NCBI RefSeq assembly: GCF_009914755.1
Contig: NC_060928.1
Length of the DNA stretch: 64,000 nucleotides
Origin: the human T2T-CHM13v2.0 reference genome, Homo sapiens
Reading direction: 5' to 3' (one strand)
A program made the position numbers and the translations under genes. The notes beneath the pieces are model-generated. The model was given only the letters and a program-made list of their open reading frames with translations, ran no database searches and was not told where the DNA came from. Positions 33,528 to 48,201 of this stretch are shown here, piece after piece (positions within the stretch are counted from its first letter, which is position 1; each line of letters begins with the position of its first letter).

Positions 33528-33649
33528 CTCAATGTGAGAGGCTCCACGTGGAAGCCCATAGGTGTAGAACTTGACCAGTTCTTCAGAGGAAGTGTTGGAC
33601 TCTTCAGAAAAGATGCATCTATCCAGATGTCCAACTCACACTAATTCAA
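33528..33649 (-). ncRNA. Putative 122-nt internal non-coding exon (lncRNA or 5'UTR)
   Basis: Acceptor ccactttcacttaacag|TTG and donor GAG|gtatgt on the minus strand; early stops in all three frames; unique sequence. Confidence 0.35.
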
Positions 33650-34955
33650 CTGTTAAGTGAAAGTGGATATAAACAGGGATTTTTTTTCTATAATGGTGAA
33701 ATTTTCTCTACCCACTTGAGAAATCCAAGCCAATGGCTAGCATTTGTAAATGAATTAACACACTTCACCTCAAATCAGAGGTGTAAGACAGGTTGGCAAA
33801 AGACCAAAGGAAATCCCCTCTAATGAAAACCAGAAAAATTGAAAAACATTACCCTACCAAAACCCCCAGAAGAAACAACACACATTTCTTCCAGAAAGCA
33901 CCCTAGATTCAATACCATGTCTTTTATGGTACTATGTTGGTTACCCCCATAAACCCAATGAACTCTTCTAAACTTCTTGCAGCTGACTTGTTTTCCATCT
34001 TCATTTTATTATCACAAGAGACCTGGAGGCCATGATTACAGAGGAAATAATTCAAATATTAAATACCAATTATAGTATATAATAATGCACAGTATCATGC
34101 ATGTTATATGTCAAATGCGAAGAGAAGGAGAAATTTTCTACTAGGTGGTAGACCTTACTTTTTGACTGGCTACATAGCAGCAATTGAGACAATATGAATA
34201 CATAATGAATAAGTAATATTAAGAAAAATAGAGGGTTTTAAAAAAATCTTTTTAAATGGTGAGGACAGTTTACAAATTAGTGTACTTCAAAGCCAGTATT
34301 TTCCCCAAAGCACAGGGCTTTCCCCCACAACTAGATCAATGTTAACCCTATCTTTGACAGAAAGAAGGAGAGAATCACATATACAACAGCTTTATTATTC
34401 CCATGATTATGCAGTTGCAAAAAGACTATTAATAGGAGTAACATCAGCTATTGCAGCATGTATTGCTAATTAAAATAGAAATAGCCTTGTATTATAATGA
34501 TTAAACAAAGATAGGAGTCAGAACCACAAAACCCACCCTCCAAAATATAAAGCTCTAGATATTAATAATTCAGATTTATAAAAGATAATATAAATCTGAA
34601 TTTATATTATAAATTAAATAATATATTTTTATATTTATATTATAAAAGATAAAGATAATGGAATATTTTTCCAAATGATTAAGAACCAGAGAAACTAAGA
34701 TTCTGAACTTCATTGAGCCCTTCATTGTTAACATTTATTAATAAAATATTGATGGTAAAATAAGAACCACGCTTGTATAAAACATATATAATGAACTCTA
34801 AATATCAAGGCTAACATTTTGGCATATATTCAAACATGGATACATAAGGTTATTTTGTTTTTTTTTTTCCCCCAGTTTATACTGAAGGCCTAGTAAACAT
34901 ACAAAGAGTAGAATTGAATCTAGGCAGGCGAATTTGACCATTCAGGGCACCCTCT

Positions 34956-35354
34956 TGTTATAGGTTACATTGTGTTCTCAAAATTTATATGTTGAAGCTT
35001 TAACCCCCACTACCTCAGAATGTGACTGTTTTGGAGATAGGGCTTCCAAAGAGATAAAAATTAAATTAAAATGAGCCCCCTGAGTGCTCTACTCCATTCT
35101 AACTGGTGTCTTATAAGAAGATATTGGGATACATGAAGAGACAGCAGATAAGCTCTTGCACAAAAGAAAGACCATGTGAGGACACAAGGAAATGTCAGTC
35201 CTCCACAAGCCAAGGAGAGAGGGCTCAGAAGAAACAAAACCTGCCAACACCTTACTTTTGGACTTCCAGCCTCCAAAACTATGAGAAAAAAATTTCTGCT
35301 TTAAACTACCCTGTCTGTGGTATTTTCTTATGGTAGCCATAGCAAACGAATACA
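34956..35354 (+). mobile_element. MLT1A-like solo LTR
   Basis: tgttatagg...tatgttgaag...cctcagaatgtgactg...ggacttccagcctcca...aataca. Confidence 0.88.
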
Positions 35355-35600
35355 CTATACTTTATTCTTTAGAAACTACACATTGTTTAAAACTGCCTGA
35401 AAAGCTGATTTCATGTTATTAAGAGCTTGGCTTCAAAATTACTAGATGTATAAAGGTTGTCATAAGCAAACAGAAATCACATAGGTGCTAAGGATATTTA
35501 TCACAAAGAACAGCCTTCCTAGTTACAAATTGTAATGCTTTATAATTCGTTTCTCATTTAAAAATTATAATCTCTAAATTTAGAGTAGCTGACATGCCTT

Positions 35601-36106
35601 TGTTACCAGTAGAATGTTTCCAGGTTCCTGGCATCTTGAACAAAGAATTGGACAAAATGCACAAAACAAACCAAGGAAAACAAAAGCAAGTATTTATTGA
35701 AAAACAAAGTACACTCCACAGTGTGGGAACATGCCCAAGCATGGGGGCTTAAGAGCCCTGGTTACAAACAAATTTTCTGGGGTTTCAATACTCTAGAGGT
35801 TTCCCATTGGTTACTTACTGTATGCTCTATGTAAATGAGGAGAATGAAGTGAAGTTATGGAGTCATTTACTAGGAATGCGCCCTATGTAAATGGAGAGGA
35901 TGTTACTTGGCTTGTGTGGTCTATGTAAATGGAGAGGATGAATGTGAAATTACAGAGTGTAAATGGCGTAAATGGAGAGGATAAAATGAAGTTACAAAGC
36001 CATTCACATTCTTGTCATTGCTAAAGTGCTTTCATTTTATTTAGTTCTAGGAAGTCAGCGTGGGTCGGCCTTATGTTCCCTGCCTCCAGGCCTATTTCCT
36101 CTCTCA
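35601..36106 (-). mobile_element. MER51-like ERV1 solo LTR
   Basis: Reverse complement begins TGAG...ctggaggcagggaac...gctgacttcctagaactaaa; ends ggtaaca; cctt/tctt flanks. Confidence 0.85.
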
Positions 36107-36363
36107 TCTTGATCATGGGTATCCATAGGTGAAATAGTAACCAAATTTAGGTTTGTCATGGAATTGATGAACTAATTTTAAAGATTTTGTAAAAATTTTG
36201 TTCTCACTTAATGACCAATATGAGTAGAACCTCATATTTCTTATTAAAGCAATAATTTTTATTGAGAGGCATCAAAAACTTAATTGATGAACTGATATTT
36301 GAAATTACTCCATGAAGTAGGTATTAACCTATTTTTTCTGTGGCTCTGTTTTAATATATGCAT

Positions 36364-36787
36364 TGTATTAGTCTGTTCTCACATTGCTAAAAAGAAAACC
36401 TGAGATTGAGTAATTTATAAAGAAAAGAGGTTTAATTGGCTCACAGTTCCACAGGCTGTAAAGGAAGCATGATGCTGACATCTGCTTGGCTTCTGGGGAG
36501 GCCTCAGGAAACTTACAATCATGCTGGAAGGCAAAAGGGGAGCAGCCCCTTACAAGGCCAGAGAAGGAGCAAGAGAGAGATGGGGTAGTTGTTACCCACT
36601 TTTAAACAACCAGATCTCAGGAGAACTCACTCACTATCACAATGACTGTACCAAGTGGGATGATGTTAAACAATTTATGAGAAACCACCGTGATAAATTA
36701 ATCACCTCCCACCAGGCCCCACCTCCAACATAGAGGATTACAATTCCACATGAGATCTGGGTGGGGACACAGATCCACAGTATGTCA
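36364..36787 (-). mobile_element. MSTA/MSTB solo LTR with TSD TGCAT
   Basis: tgtattagtc...gaggcctcaggaaacttacaatcatg...; TGCAT at 36359-63 and 36788-92. Confidence 0.93.
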
Positions 36788-37830
36788 TGCATTTAATATT
36801 GTAGTATGATATTCACATACTGAACCTTAATATGTTTTCACTGCAGATTCTATGTATTGTATTTGTCAGTGTTTACAATTCACTTAACGTTTTCTTTGGC
36901 TACTTAAATTTTCTTAACACAAACCTAACACTGTATCATTAAGAAGAACCCAGTAACTTCAAGTCTTCTCTCTATTCATTAGAAGATTGAGTATGGTATA
37001 TTTTCCACTGTAGTCTAAGTTATCATTGTGGAGTCTCATTACTGTGTTACATTCCTATTTATTAAATATACCTAAATTGTGAAAGTGTATGCAATTGAAC
37101 ATAAATTGGCACACATGTACACAAATTTATAATTATTTAAGCTGAAATACAAGTTAAAATTAATTTTTGAATAATATAGAATATTAGAAAGAGAAAAAAT
37201 TAACTTCAGGTTCTCACCACAAAGACAATATTATATTGGAATCTTTGTTTAGATCAAGAGTATTTTATTTTACATGATCATACTGCATTGACAATTTTAT
37301 AAATTGTTTTTTCATCAGGTTTCCCTTATTGGTGTTGTTTTTTCATATACTGTATTTGAGTTAAGTTGAAATTGGTATATTTAAGTGCTCACATTAAAAA
37401 TGAAATCTTTGGCTACAGTTATTGCAAAGATAGTGAACTGAGGAATGTTGAAAAGATATTGGGAGAGGCAACCACATAGACTATAACCCATTCATAGATA
37501 TACATTTATTCTTTTTCAACAAGGTTTTTGAGCAATTAAAACTATTAAGCAATGATGTTAATTTCATGATTAAAGAGGAGACATGGGAGGGGGTGTGTAT
37601 GGCACATACTATTTTATTGGGATTGAGTCCATTTCTCTTTATTCCCTTTGGAGAACTGTTCACATTCGGCTGGTGAATAGTGGCCTCTGTTTACTGATAC
37701 CCTCAACCTGCTCTGTCGAAAGAGTCAGAGTTGCTTATTCTCCAATGTCTTCACTGTAGTTTGTGAAAATTCTCAACATATTCTCAGGAGAGGCAGTGAG
37801 AGCAATGTGTGGTTCTCAAATGTTCAATAA

Positions 37831-38259
<429 letters not shown>

Positions 38260-38629
38260 AGAATATGGGTTTTTTTTAAAGAATATTTTTAAACAGTTTG
38301 TCAATTGTTCACAAATTATGTTTTATTCAGTTACAACATTGAGGCAGTTTATATCCTGAGCAGGTAGCAAGTACTTATTTTTGAGTGAGCTAAACTAACA
38401 ATTGGGTGATTAGCTTTTCTTACAAACTGACTTTTTTTTCCTACTCAGTGAATCACAGTAAACAATTCAGGGTAAGATCCTTTAAAATATTTCTAACTTA
38501 CTTATACTGCAGCTGTATTATTAAATAACATCTTTGATCATATGCATACATATATATGTCATTGTGATATATGTATACTTATGAACAGGTATTTAAACAC
38601 ACACACATACTTCATCTTTGTCTATAAAA

Positions 38630-39015
38630 AGAAAAATAATTTCAGATATTTTAACAAAAAGATATTCAATACAGGGAATTATGTGCTTGCAGAACCCTTA
38701 GCAGCACAGGAGGGATAAAAGACATGGAGTCACTTTTGGCCCTGGTGAAGTCAGGAGCACAAGAATCTTAGTAGGTAGATACCACATTTCTGTTGAATGA
38801 GCACCAAAGCAGAGTGACAAGATCACAACTATAAATTGCTTTACATCCCAATTGTGAGGTCTTCTCTTTGCTCTATCTGCTACTGCCATAGAAGGGTAAT
38901 ACCTCTTCTTCCTTTCTACTTTCAAACTTTCACCCTTATTACTCTCAACTAGTGTATTCTAAACCATAATTCTCCTGGCAAAGGATTCTTGGAAATGTAG
39001 GTGCCAGTGTTCTAA
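38630..39015 (-). mobile_element. Ancient ERVL/MaLR LTR relic
   Basis: aatacagggaatt start motif and ggcaaaggattcttggaaatgtag end motif, similar to 7680-8185. Confidence 0.35.
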
Positions 39016-39079
39016 AAGAGTTTAAAAAGCTATCTGTTTGGCCTGTGTTCTGTACATTTTGAATGTACTATGTAACTCA

Positions 39080-39748
<669 letters not shown>

Positions 39749-39966
39749 CTATGCAACCCAATATTCAAATAAATAATACAGATATCTACAACAGTAGCAA
39801 TTTTTATTGTTATTTTCCTGTAAAACAGGAACTTGATTTTGGCAGAGATGAGAGAAGAAATGTTGAAGATGCAGCAACTAGAAGCAGTCAGAGAAGGGCA
39901 TAGTCAAATTTATATATAAAGTTTGGACATGTGTGGAAAGACTAGAGATATCAACCCCACCTGCCT

Positions 39967-40044
39967 TCTTTTGCTGTTTTGTTTTGTTTTATTACAATAG
40001 CTTTAGGGGTACAATGGTTCTTGTTTACATGGATGAATTATATA
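39967..40044 (-). mobile_element. Very short L1PB 3' end
   Basis: T-rich tail then caatagctttaggggtacaa...tacatggatgaatta. Confidence 0.65.
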
Positions 40045-40425
40045 CTAAAACCAAATTTTAAAATATAGCCAGCTCATTACGTGAATTAAGTTTTATAACA
40101 GAATATAGAGAATGAGATATAGGCATATTGAATAAATGAGAAACTGAAATTAACCATGTCTCTAAAACCACCTAGCTCCTAAAATTCATTTTACAAAATC
40201 TATCATTAATATGTCCTATCCTGGAAAATAAAGATAGTAATAAGAAGACTTTAATAGATACTTTTTATATCTCAAAAACCCTAATATTTCCCTATGGTGG
40301 ATATATTTCCTATAATCTTAACTAAAATATTCTCATGAGGTCTGAGTGGAAAACTAATCTCTACAATGAGTTTTCTTGCTCTGGTTATAAGAAACTATTT
40401 AAAGGAAAAACCAGTAAGTTGTTCA

Positions 40426-40740
40426 TTCTTCTTTTTTGTTTTTTTGTTTTTTTTGAGACAGAGTCTCACTCTTTCACCCATGCTGGAGTGCAGTGGCAAG
40501 GTCTTGGCTCACTGCAGCCCCTGCCTCCTGGGCGCTAGTGATTGTCCCTCCTCAACCTCCGGGTTAGCTGGGACCACAGGCATGTACCACCACACCTGCC
40601 TGACTACTTTTTGTGTTTTTAGTAGAGACAGGGTTTTGCCATGTTGCCCAAGCTGATCTCAGGCTCCTAAGTCCAAGCAATCCACCCTCCTCAACCTCCC
40701 AATGTGCTGGGATTGTAGATGTGAGCCACCGCACCCAGCC
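40426..40740 (-). mobile_element. AluJ-like
   Basis: Diverged antisense dimer, tagagacagggttttgccatgttgccc. Confidence 0.93.
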
Positions 40741-41719
40741 TGTTCCCTTTTATTTAAACTTAAAAATATGTACTAAATAATTATTATTTGTTCAACACTA
40801 TTTTATATACTAGAAGTTTAAATCCAAAAGGATGCTTCAAGGAGACTGGATTGTAATTATTGTCTATATGTTTGTCAAGTAGAAGCTAAAAAGAGGGGTT
40901 AATTAAAGAATTAAGGCACTGTTTCAGTCTTAAAAATTGGATGATTCAAATTTCTGTTAGGATCACACTATTCCTTTCTTTAGAAGCCCAGGAAATGATT
41001 GATCTTCCAGTTTTCTCCCCAAAACCCCTGAAACAAAAATAGTCTTTTTTCTAAAATCATCTTGGGAAGCAGTGTAGAGAGAAGAGTCAAATTAGCCCTA
41101 TTGAGAGAATGATGGAGAGGCCCACCTCTGCCATTAAGCTAAGAAGGAGGGGTCAAAGCTGTGTTCCAAGGAGAAATCTGAAACATCTGCCTTTTCCTGT
41201 AGCAGAGTGCAGGACATTTGATATGAACAACTAGCAACGAAAATGTCTAGAAAGAATGACTCCCAATCAGAAAAGAAGATTCCGTACCAGAAATGTTTCC
41301 GTGTGGACAAACACAACAGATGTCCCCTATACAGACATGCAGCAACCAGTTATAAGAGAGAAGCATGTTATTAAATTGTTTTAAGGGTTTATTACCAAGG
41401 CTTAAGTCTTGTCCAAATCCTTCATGATGTGCAAAACAACCAGAAATTTTTAAGGACAGGATTCACATGATCTGATTTGTGTTTTAAAAATAAAACTTTA
41501 GAGCTAAGTGTAAAATAAAATGGAGTTGAGGAAAAGGGACCATTTAGTAGGTTGATCCAGTATTTTTGATAGTAGGTGATGGTGATTTGGAGTACAGTAG
41601 AAGCAAAAAAAAAAAAAAAAAAAATATGGAGAGAACTGAGCAAGTTTAACGGGAATTTAGTGGGCAGAAATGATAGAACTTGGAGGACAAACAAGATAAA
41701 GGAAAAACTAATTCATTCA

Positions 41720-42031
41720 GGCTGGGCACAGTGGCTCACGCCTGTAATCCCAGCGCTTTGAGAGGCTGGGGCGGGCGGATCACATGGTCAGGAGATCGTG
41801 ACCATCTTTGCTAACACGGTGAAACCCCGTCTCTACTAAAAATACAAAAAATTAGCCAGGCGTGGTGGCACACGCCTGTAGTCCCAGCTACTCAGGAGTC
41901 TGAGGCATCTGAGGCAGAAGAATCGCTTGAACCCGGGAGGCGGAGGTTGCAGTGAGCCGAGATCACGTCACTGCACTCCAGCCTGGGCGACAGAATGAGA
42001 CTCTGTCTCAAAAAAAAAAAAAAAAAAAAAA
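41720..42031 (+). mobile_element. AluSc/Y-like with TSD aaaaac(t/g)aattcattca
   Basis: Full dimer, long A tail, 9-bp internal duplication tctgaggca. Confidence 0.96.
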
Positions 42032-42035
42032 ACGA

Positions 42036-42150
42036 ATTCATTCAATTAATACATATTTATTGAATTATTGCAATATTACTGGGCTTGGTGCTGCAACAGT
42101 GAATACGACAAAAATCCCTGGAATCATAGATTATGTATTCTATGGAAAGG
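42036..42150 (-). mobile_element. L2 3' end (further L2 pieces at about 41440-41700, 43640-43930 and 44360-44720)
   Basis: attcattcaattaatacatatttattga...cagtgaatacgacaaaatccctg. Confidence 0.6.
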
Positions 42151-43934
42151 TAATTCTCATTCTTCAGCTACTGGTCCTTGGATTCAATCTAACATTAATC
42201 ATAAACTTATATTTCAAGACAACTGACAAATCTCTCACAAGCTTGATTCATCATCAGTGAAAGTTTCTAGTCCCCCGAATATTTAAAAAAAAAAGAGAGA
42301 GAGAGATGCAGCTCCTGAAGGAAAATGTCCCAAGTTGTTTTTGTTTGTTTGTTTGTTTGTTTGTTTTTACATGGAGATAGTAGATCAAAGGACACCTACT
42401 GAGAACAGAGTTCTAGTCAGTCAAACTGAATGGCTGCTTCAGAACCGTCAAATCTTCCAGGACAAGAATCTTTGCTATCCTTGCCCAGAAAGACCACTGT
42501 GATTCTTTCTTCCTGTACCCTAGTCTAAATGGAAGCTTTTATTGCTGTTCTTCTGCGCCATTGTGTTTTGAATGTGTGAAAGTTTGTAAAATTTATCATT
42601 TCTCCACAGATTACTGGACTGTGATGAGCTCCATCTGGACTTGAATGAAAGGAATGCTAATCATCCTGGATGTGGATCCGGGCAAGACAGTGTGTTGTCT
42701 TCCTCTGGGAACAGGATGAGTGAGGTTTCCAATTGTGTATAGATAGTTGCATTATGTTAGAGGAGAACATATTTTAAATGTTATGTGTAGGAAGAAAGGC
42801 TTTGGGTATCCATAGGAATGGTGGAATATAGCTAATATATTATGCTTTTACCAAAAGAGGGTTCCTACTCCTACTAATAGACACTCTTTTTTTTTTTCTT
42901 TAGAAATTATCTCTTGCCTATTCTCTGTCCATGTGTTTGTGTGGGATTGATGCCAACTCCAGGTTCCAGGCATGAGACAATGATCTGAACCTGGCCAGTA
43001 AGAGCACGTTCTTCCCAGCCACACTGACTGTTTCATGCATAGTCATCAAAAGGAAAGCATAGATAAAAGAGGGAAACGGAAGATTCTTGATTACATTGTT
43101 TGAACTCACAGAAATAGTAATGCTAAATCATCTCTAACACTAGCATTTTCAATAAGTATAAGGGCTATGTCTGTCTTGATTACTATATTATTCACATGTA
43201 ATAGGAAAGTACCTAGAAGATAACAGGAAGATAACTATTTGTTTAATTGAATTAAATCAAATTCAATTTAATATTTTAAGATTTTCCTGGACTGTAAAAT
43301 ATAATTTTGATGAACGGAGAAAAGAGCAAATTGTATCACACAATGAAATGTGTGCTAAATAGCCCTGAATTAATTGGTTTGCCTTTCACTGGACATTTCA
43401 CCTTAAATCTTACAATTTCTTATCATTTTTATGGTCTCAGCTCGAATTTTAAGCCAAAGTACAAGAGGAAAGGCCTGTATCACACAAGTCCACTAATTTC
43501 CTCACAGTATTCAGAAGACTTTATTTTCACCATATTAGAGTTTTTCCTACATCTTAAGTATATTCTTTTATTTGATATATAGTTTATTAGAGAGATACGC
43601 TCCATTGTTCTCTCTTTGTTTATAGGCAAAAAACTTGGTGAGTAGCTATTTCACAAAGGGAGAACAGGAAAATTAGAAGTTGGGGGTAGGAAGAGAAGGA
43701 GTTAAGTTTTGAATGTATTGGAATGAGGCATCATGGGATATCTGGGTGGAGGTATCTCTCACATACAGTCTGCAGTTTAAAAGAAAGCTTTGTGTTGGAA
43801 ATCACATTTCAGAGTTATCATGTTGTAGATGTTAAGTAGTTGTACACAGATCAGTACAAGAGCCCATTCAAGGTGAACATCTAGACTAAGAAATGGAAAA
43901 TGCAACTGGGACAAAAGAATATTTAAGGGTTACA

Positions 43935-44232
43935 GGCCAGGCGCAGTGGCTCACACCTGTTATCCCAGCACTTTGGGAGCCAGCGACAGGTGGATCACGA
44001 AGTCAGGAAATCAAGACCATCCTGGCCAACATGGTGAAACCCTGTCTCTACTAAGAATACAAAAATTAGCTGGGCGTGGTGGTGTGCACTTGTAGTCCCA
44101 GTTACTTGAGAGGTTAAGGCAGAAGGATTGCTTGAACCCGGGAGGCGGAGGTTTCAGTAAGCTGAGATCATGCCACTGCACTCCAGCCTGGTGACAGAGT
44201 GACACTCCGTTTAAAAAATAAATAAATAAATA
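43935..44232 (+). mobile_element. AluSc-like with 22-bp TSD
   Basis: aaaagaatatttaaggg(t/g)taca at 43913-43934 and 44233-44254. Confidence 0.96.
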
Positions 44233-44749
44233 AAAAGAATATTTAAGGGGTACAAAGAAGAGCACAGAGAAAGGTAAACATAATAGCAGACAAGACAGAA
44301 AATATTTCATGAAGCACAATTAATGTGAACTGAACACAAGTTGAGTAAAATTCATTAACTCTTGTGTTCAGTGAACATTTATTAAACCACTACTATGTGT
44401 CAGGTACTTTTCTGAATGTTGATAAAACAGGACTGTATGAAACTGGGCGGAAAAAGTCTCTCTTCTCCTAGATCTTATAGTTGCTCAGTCCTCTGCCTGC
44501 TATGCACTGGCATTACAGAGGAGCGTAGACAAGGATCCCATCAATGGAGCAAGAAGTGTTGTCCCATTTATGCAAAGAATATCCATTCCTAATTCGGGAT
44601 ACTGTAAGACTTTCCAGGAAGAACATGCTATCACCACATTGACCAGAGTCAAGAGGAGAGATTGATTGAAAATGCCCATTGGATTGAGTGCAGTAATCTT
44701 GGAGGCCTCCCTTACATAAGGTAAAAACTTGCAGAGGGGGTGGTGTGAC

Positions 44750-45515
44750 TGTACTGGGTACCCATGGTAAGGGGATCCCAGGAAAAAATCATACTTGTTA
44801 CCACACCAACTGACCTCAAATGTTGTAGTTGGAGGTGGCATCATGTTCAGAGCAGTCACAGGTAACAGCTGACAAATGGACCCAAACAGAGCTGAAGCAC
44901 AAAATTTGGCCCTGAATGTAACTTTTCTTCCATATGAGTAACAGTAGCCCAAGACCAGCATTTCAACACCGGTCTAGTTATTCAGTCTCATGCTATAGTG
45001 GGAAAGGAACATAATGTTGGCCAGCAAAGTCAGTCTGGTCACCAGACTGTTCTGAAACCAGGGGCCTGAGACAGCTACATGAGGGAGTTTCAGATCATCT
45101 CAGGACATCTGGTAAATGCCACACAGGGAGTTAGTGGTGGCAAAGCTCTCCAAAAGAAAAAAAAAAAAATAGGAACCATAACTTGTAAGATTCACAGTGG
45201 AAGTTCAGGACACACCGTTGTGATAGTAATGCCAGTGCCAACAAGATTTAAAGCTTCAAGGAAGACATTTTTGGTCCCTGAGCAGTGAGCATATGGAGCT
45301 CTGACAAGATGGCACTGTTGGCCCTGGCTGGTCTCAGCCACTGAAAGATGACTTACAAAAATTGAGAATAGCCATCCAAAACACAGGGTACCCAGAGATA
45401 ACTATCCTGGGACAAAGGCCCTGCTTTCAGGGTCCTAGTGTCATACCGCACCACATTGCCCAAATATACTGCTAGCCCTCAAATCCTTGTCTCAGGGTTA
45501 GCACCTAAAACGGGG
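44750..45515 (+). mobile_element. Ancient ERVL-class LTR (LTR16/LTR50-like)
   Basis: Starts tgtactgg; about 770 bp GC-richer block ending in aaatccttgtctcaggg, a motif typical of old ERVL LTR 3' ends. Confidence 0.45.
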
Positions 45516-45569
45516 TCATTTAAAATTAAGAAAGTCAATATTTAAATAATGAACATAAATGATTGCTTA

Positions 45570-45780
45570 TCCTGACTGAATTTGGTGCAAATCTCAGTTC
45601 CAGCACATGATCTGAAGAAACAGATAAATGATTTAATTTTAAAAGCCTCAATTTCCTTCTCAAGAAAATGAGAGCAATTCCTCATAGACTGTTCTAAGGA
45701 CTTAAAGAGATCCCTTGTGCTAAGTTCCTCATACTGTTCCTGGAGCAAAAGCGTACTTATTAAAAAGCAAGTTTCAGTAA
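45570..45780 (+). mobile_element. MIR
   Basis: caaatctcagttccagcac...gcctcaatttcc...aaaatg...cctcatagactgtt. Confidence 0.7.
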
Positions 45781-46469
45781 TTAACATATTATTCACTGCA
45801 AATTTTCATGGTAAAATAAAGTGGATCTTGTCTATCCTTCAATTCTTTCATCAGAATGAGGGAAATATCTCCACATGAAAATATTAGTGAAACATCTTCA
45901 CATGAAAATATTAAGATTTATTCATAGGAATGAATCTCTGTGTAGGAAACCAAATAACTTAGATGCTAAGAAGACTATATTTTAGATAAAATTGTCAACC
46001 CTCCATCAAATAAATAAATCAAAACCCTAGATGCTTGAAAAAATTTGATTATTTACTAACACACTTTTGTAGTTAAAATAAACTGACATATGTTCATGCT
46101 TATCAGTGCTATTTAAAAAAAAAAGTGAGCTCAAATATATCCTGGTGAATCAATACCTATTAACCTACCTGTAAAGGACACCTTTCAGCCAAATTTCTTT
46201 CATGATTTGAAACTCCCACTGGGGCCAAAAGAACACCTGTGTTTTCGTATCATCTTTTCCAGATGTGGAGCAGAGGAGAGAAAGGAGCTTGAGACTTAAA
46301 GTTGTCTGAGGTCAAAGGTCAAAATATTGAATCAGAATTTTTATTACAATTAATCCACTAAAGGGATGACATAAATACAAATGCTTATCACACCAACAGT
46401 CATAATTTTTGTGATATGGTTTATCCACTTTTCTCCATTGTTCTTACCACTACTTGGCAAACCTTATTG

Positions 46470-46605
46470 CTGTTTATTGTCTGCCTTTCATGCTAGAATA
46501 TAAGTTCCACCATATCAGATTCTTGCTCTGTTTTATTCACTGCTGTATCCTCAGCATGTAGAATAATATCTGGCATATAGTAGGTGCTTAATAAAAAGTT
46601 TTTGG
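46470..46605 (+). mobile_element. L2a 3' end
   Basis: ctagaatataagttcca...ttcactgctgtatcctcagca...tggcatatagtaggtgcttaataaa. Confidence 0.85.
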
Positions 46606-48201
46606 AAAAAGGCACACTCCAGTAGCAGATATTTGAAAAGAAATCTTGAAAGAGGCAGGACTCAAGCTTAAGTTTACAGGAAGAATGTGATCTCACTAGG
46701 CAAACATAAAAGGTTGTTTAAAGCAGAAAAATTTTGCAACATAATAAGTAGTTTGGCTTAATTTTGTATTTGCACTTTGGTGATTTTTTTTCACTCCACT
46801 TTGCCTCCAATTTTCCCACATTAACTTGTCATTTAGTATTTACTTAGGGTTGTCTCACCTGTTTATTGAAGCATAACAGAATTCCAGTGAGAATGGCTGA
46901 CACTGATTGAGTAAACGCTCTTTGGTCGTCTTGTTTTGTCTGTAGCATTAGGTATGGCTCACTGGTGGTATTAATGGAGAAGTTGAAAACAACTGCATAA
47001 TATATGAATCCAACAAACTGCACCTGAAGTATCAGAACAACATTTCAAACGTGTTTATTAAAGTATTAGCACAAAGACTAAAACTCAAAACATAAATTGA
47101 ATCTGCATTATTATGGACTTACGATACTTATGCAGCTAAACAGAGTCAGCATTACATTAAAAATATGCAGAATGCTTATGGTGATTTCATAGCATCTATC
47201 TTAACAGTTGTAATAGCTTCTTGCCTAAGTTCTCTACTTCAAATTTTCCCTACTTCACTCAGATATACACATTGTTAGAAGATTAATTTTTCTGAAGCAA
47301 AGCTGATGTTTGATTACTCCTTTCACACATTTGTTCAACAAATATATAGACCAATTTTAATATGCAAGACAATGCACTAGATACTGGGATACACATAGAC
47401 ATGGCCCTTGTCCTTACAGATTCCAGAAATTTAGTGATTCTCTATTATCTAGAACAGCATTTTGCATTGATGTTTATATGAACTAGAGTAAATATGACCA
47501 ATGTCAAGCAATGTGGAAAAATTTGGATGCAGTAAATAAGTTTTAAATGTACAATATACCTCTGGATTTTCAAAGGTAAATATAGTATTTAGTATATTCT
47601 GAATTTTTGATTCAATTATTTGTGTATATGTGTGCTTATGTGGAGAAGCTTTGGCTATGGCAAAAAAAAGTCACATTCTGCAGAAATGCTTCTTAATTTT
47701 GTATATCATGTAATTTCATAAATGTTCTTCTATATGTGTATTTGCACAAAGAAATTTCAATAAACACTTGTTGAAGGGTAAAATACCTTACTGTCCCGTG
47801 AAAAATAGTGAAAAATTAGACCTTAGATTTTTAAAGATGGTATTGTGGAGATCGTGATGGAATAATTGCAAAACGCCTTACAAGAAATAATAAAGCACAT
47901 TCTATTTATCATTCTAGGATTCATTATTGACAAGTTTACCCTTAACCACCAGTATGTGAAACCTACAATATGAATAACAACAAAAACATTTTGAAAATTC
48001 TAAGAAAATATGTATTCCTTAGTGTACCAAAGAAAAGACATCTTGTTCATTTACTTCCATACAAGTAGTATTCAGTACTAATGCATGAATATCAATGTAT
48101 TAAAAAGTACCTGCACTTTTTCTGTCCACAGCAGAGAAAATAATTCAAAGATTAGAGTCTAATTTTGAAATTAAAATGTGGATAAAGAATAGACAATGAT
48201 G

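Noticed and set aside
44500-45290. Possible processed pseudogene (153-aa minus ORF; FKEDIFGP-like peptide on plus)
   Set aside because: No sustained protein similarity; better explained by an L2 relic plus an old ERVL LTR
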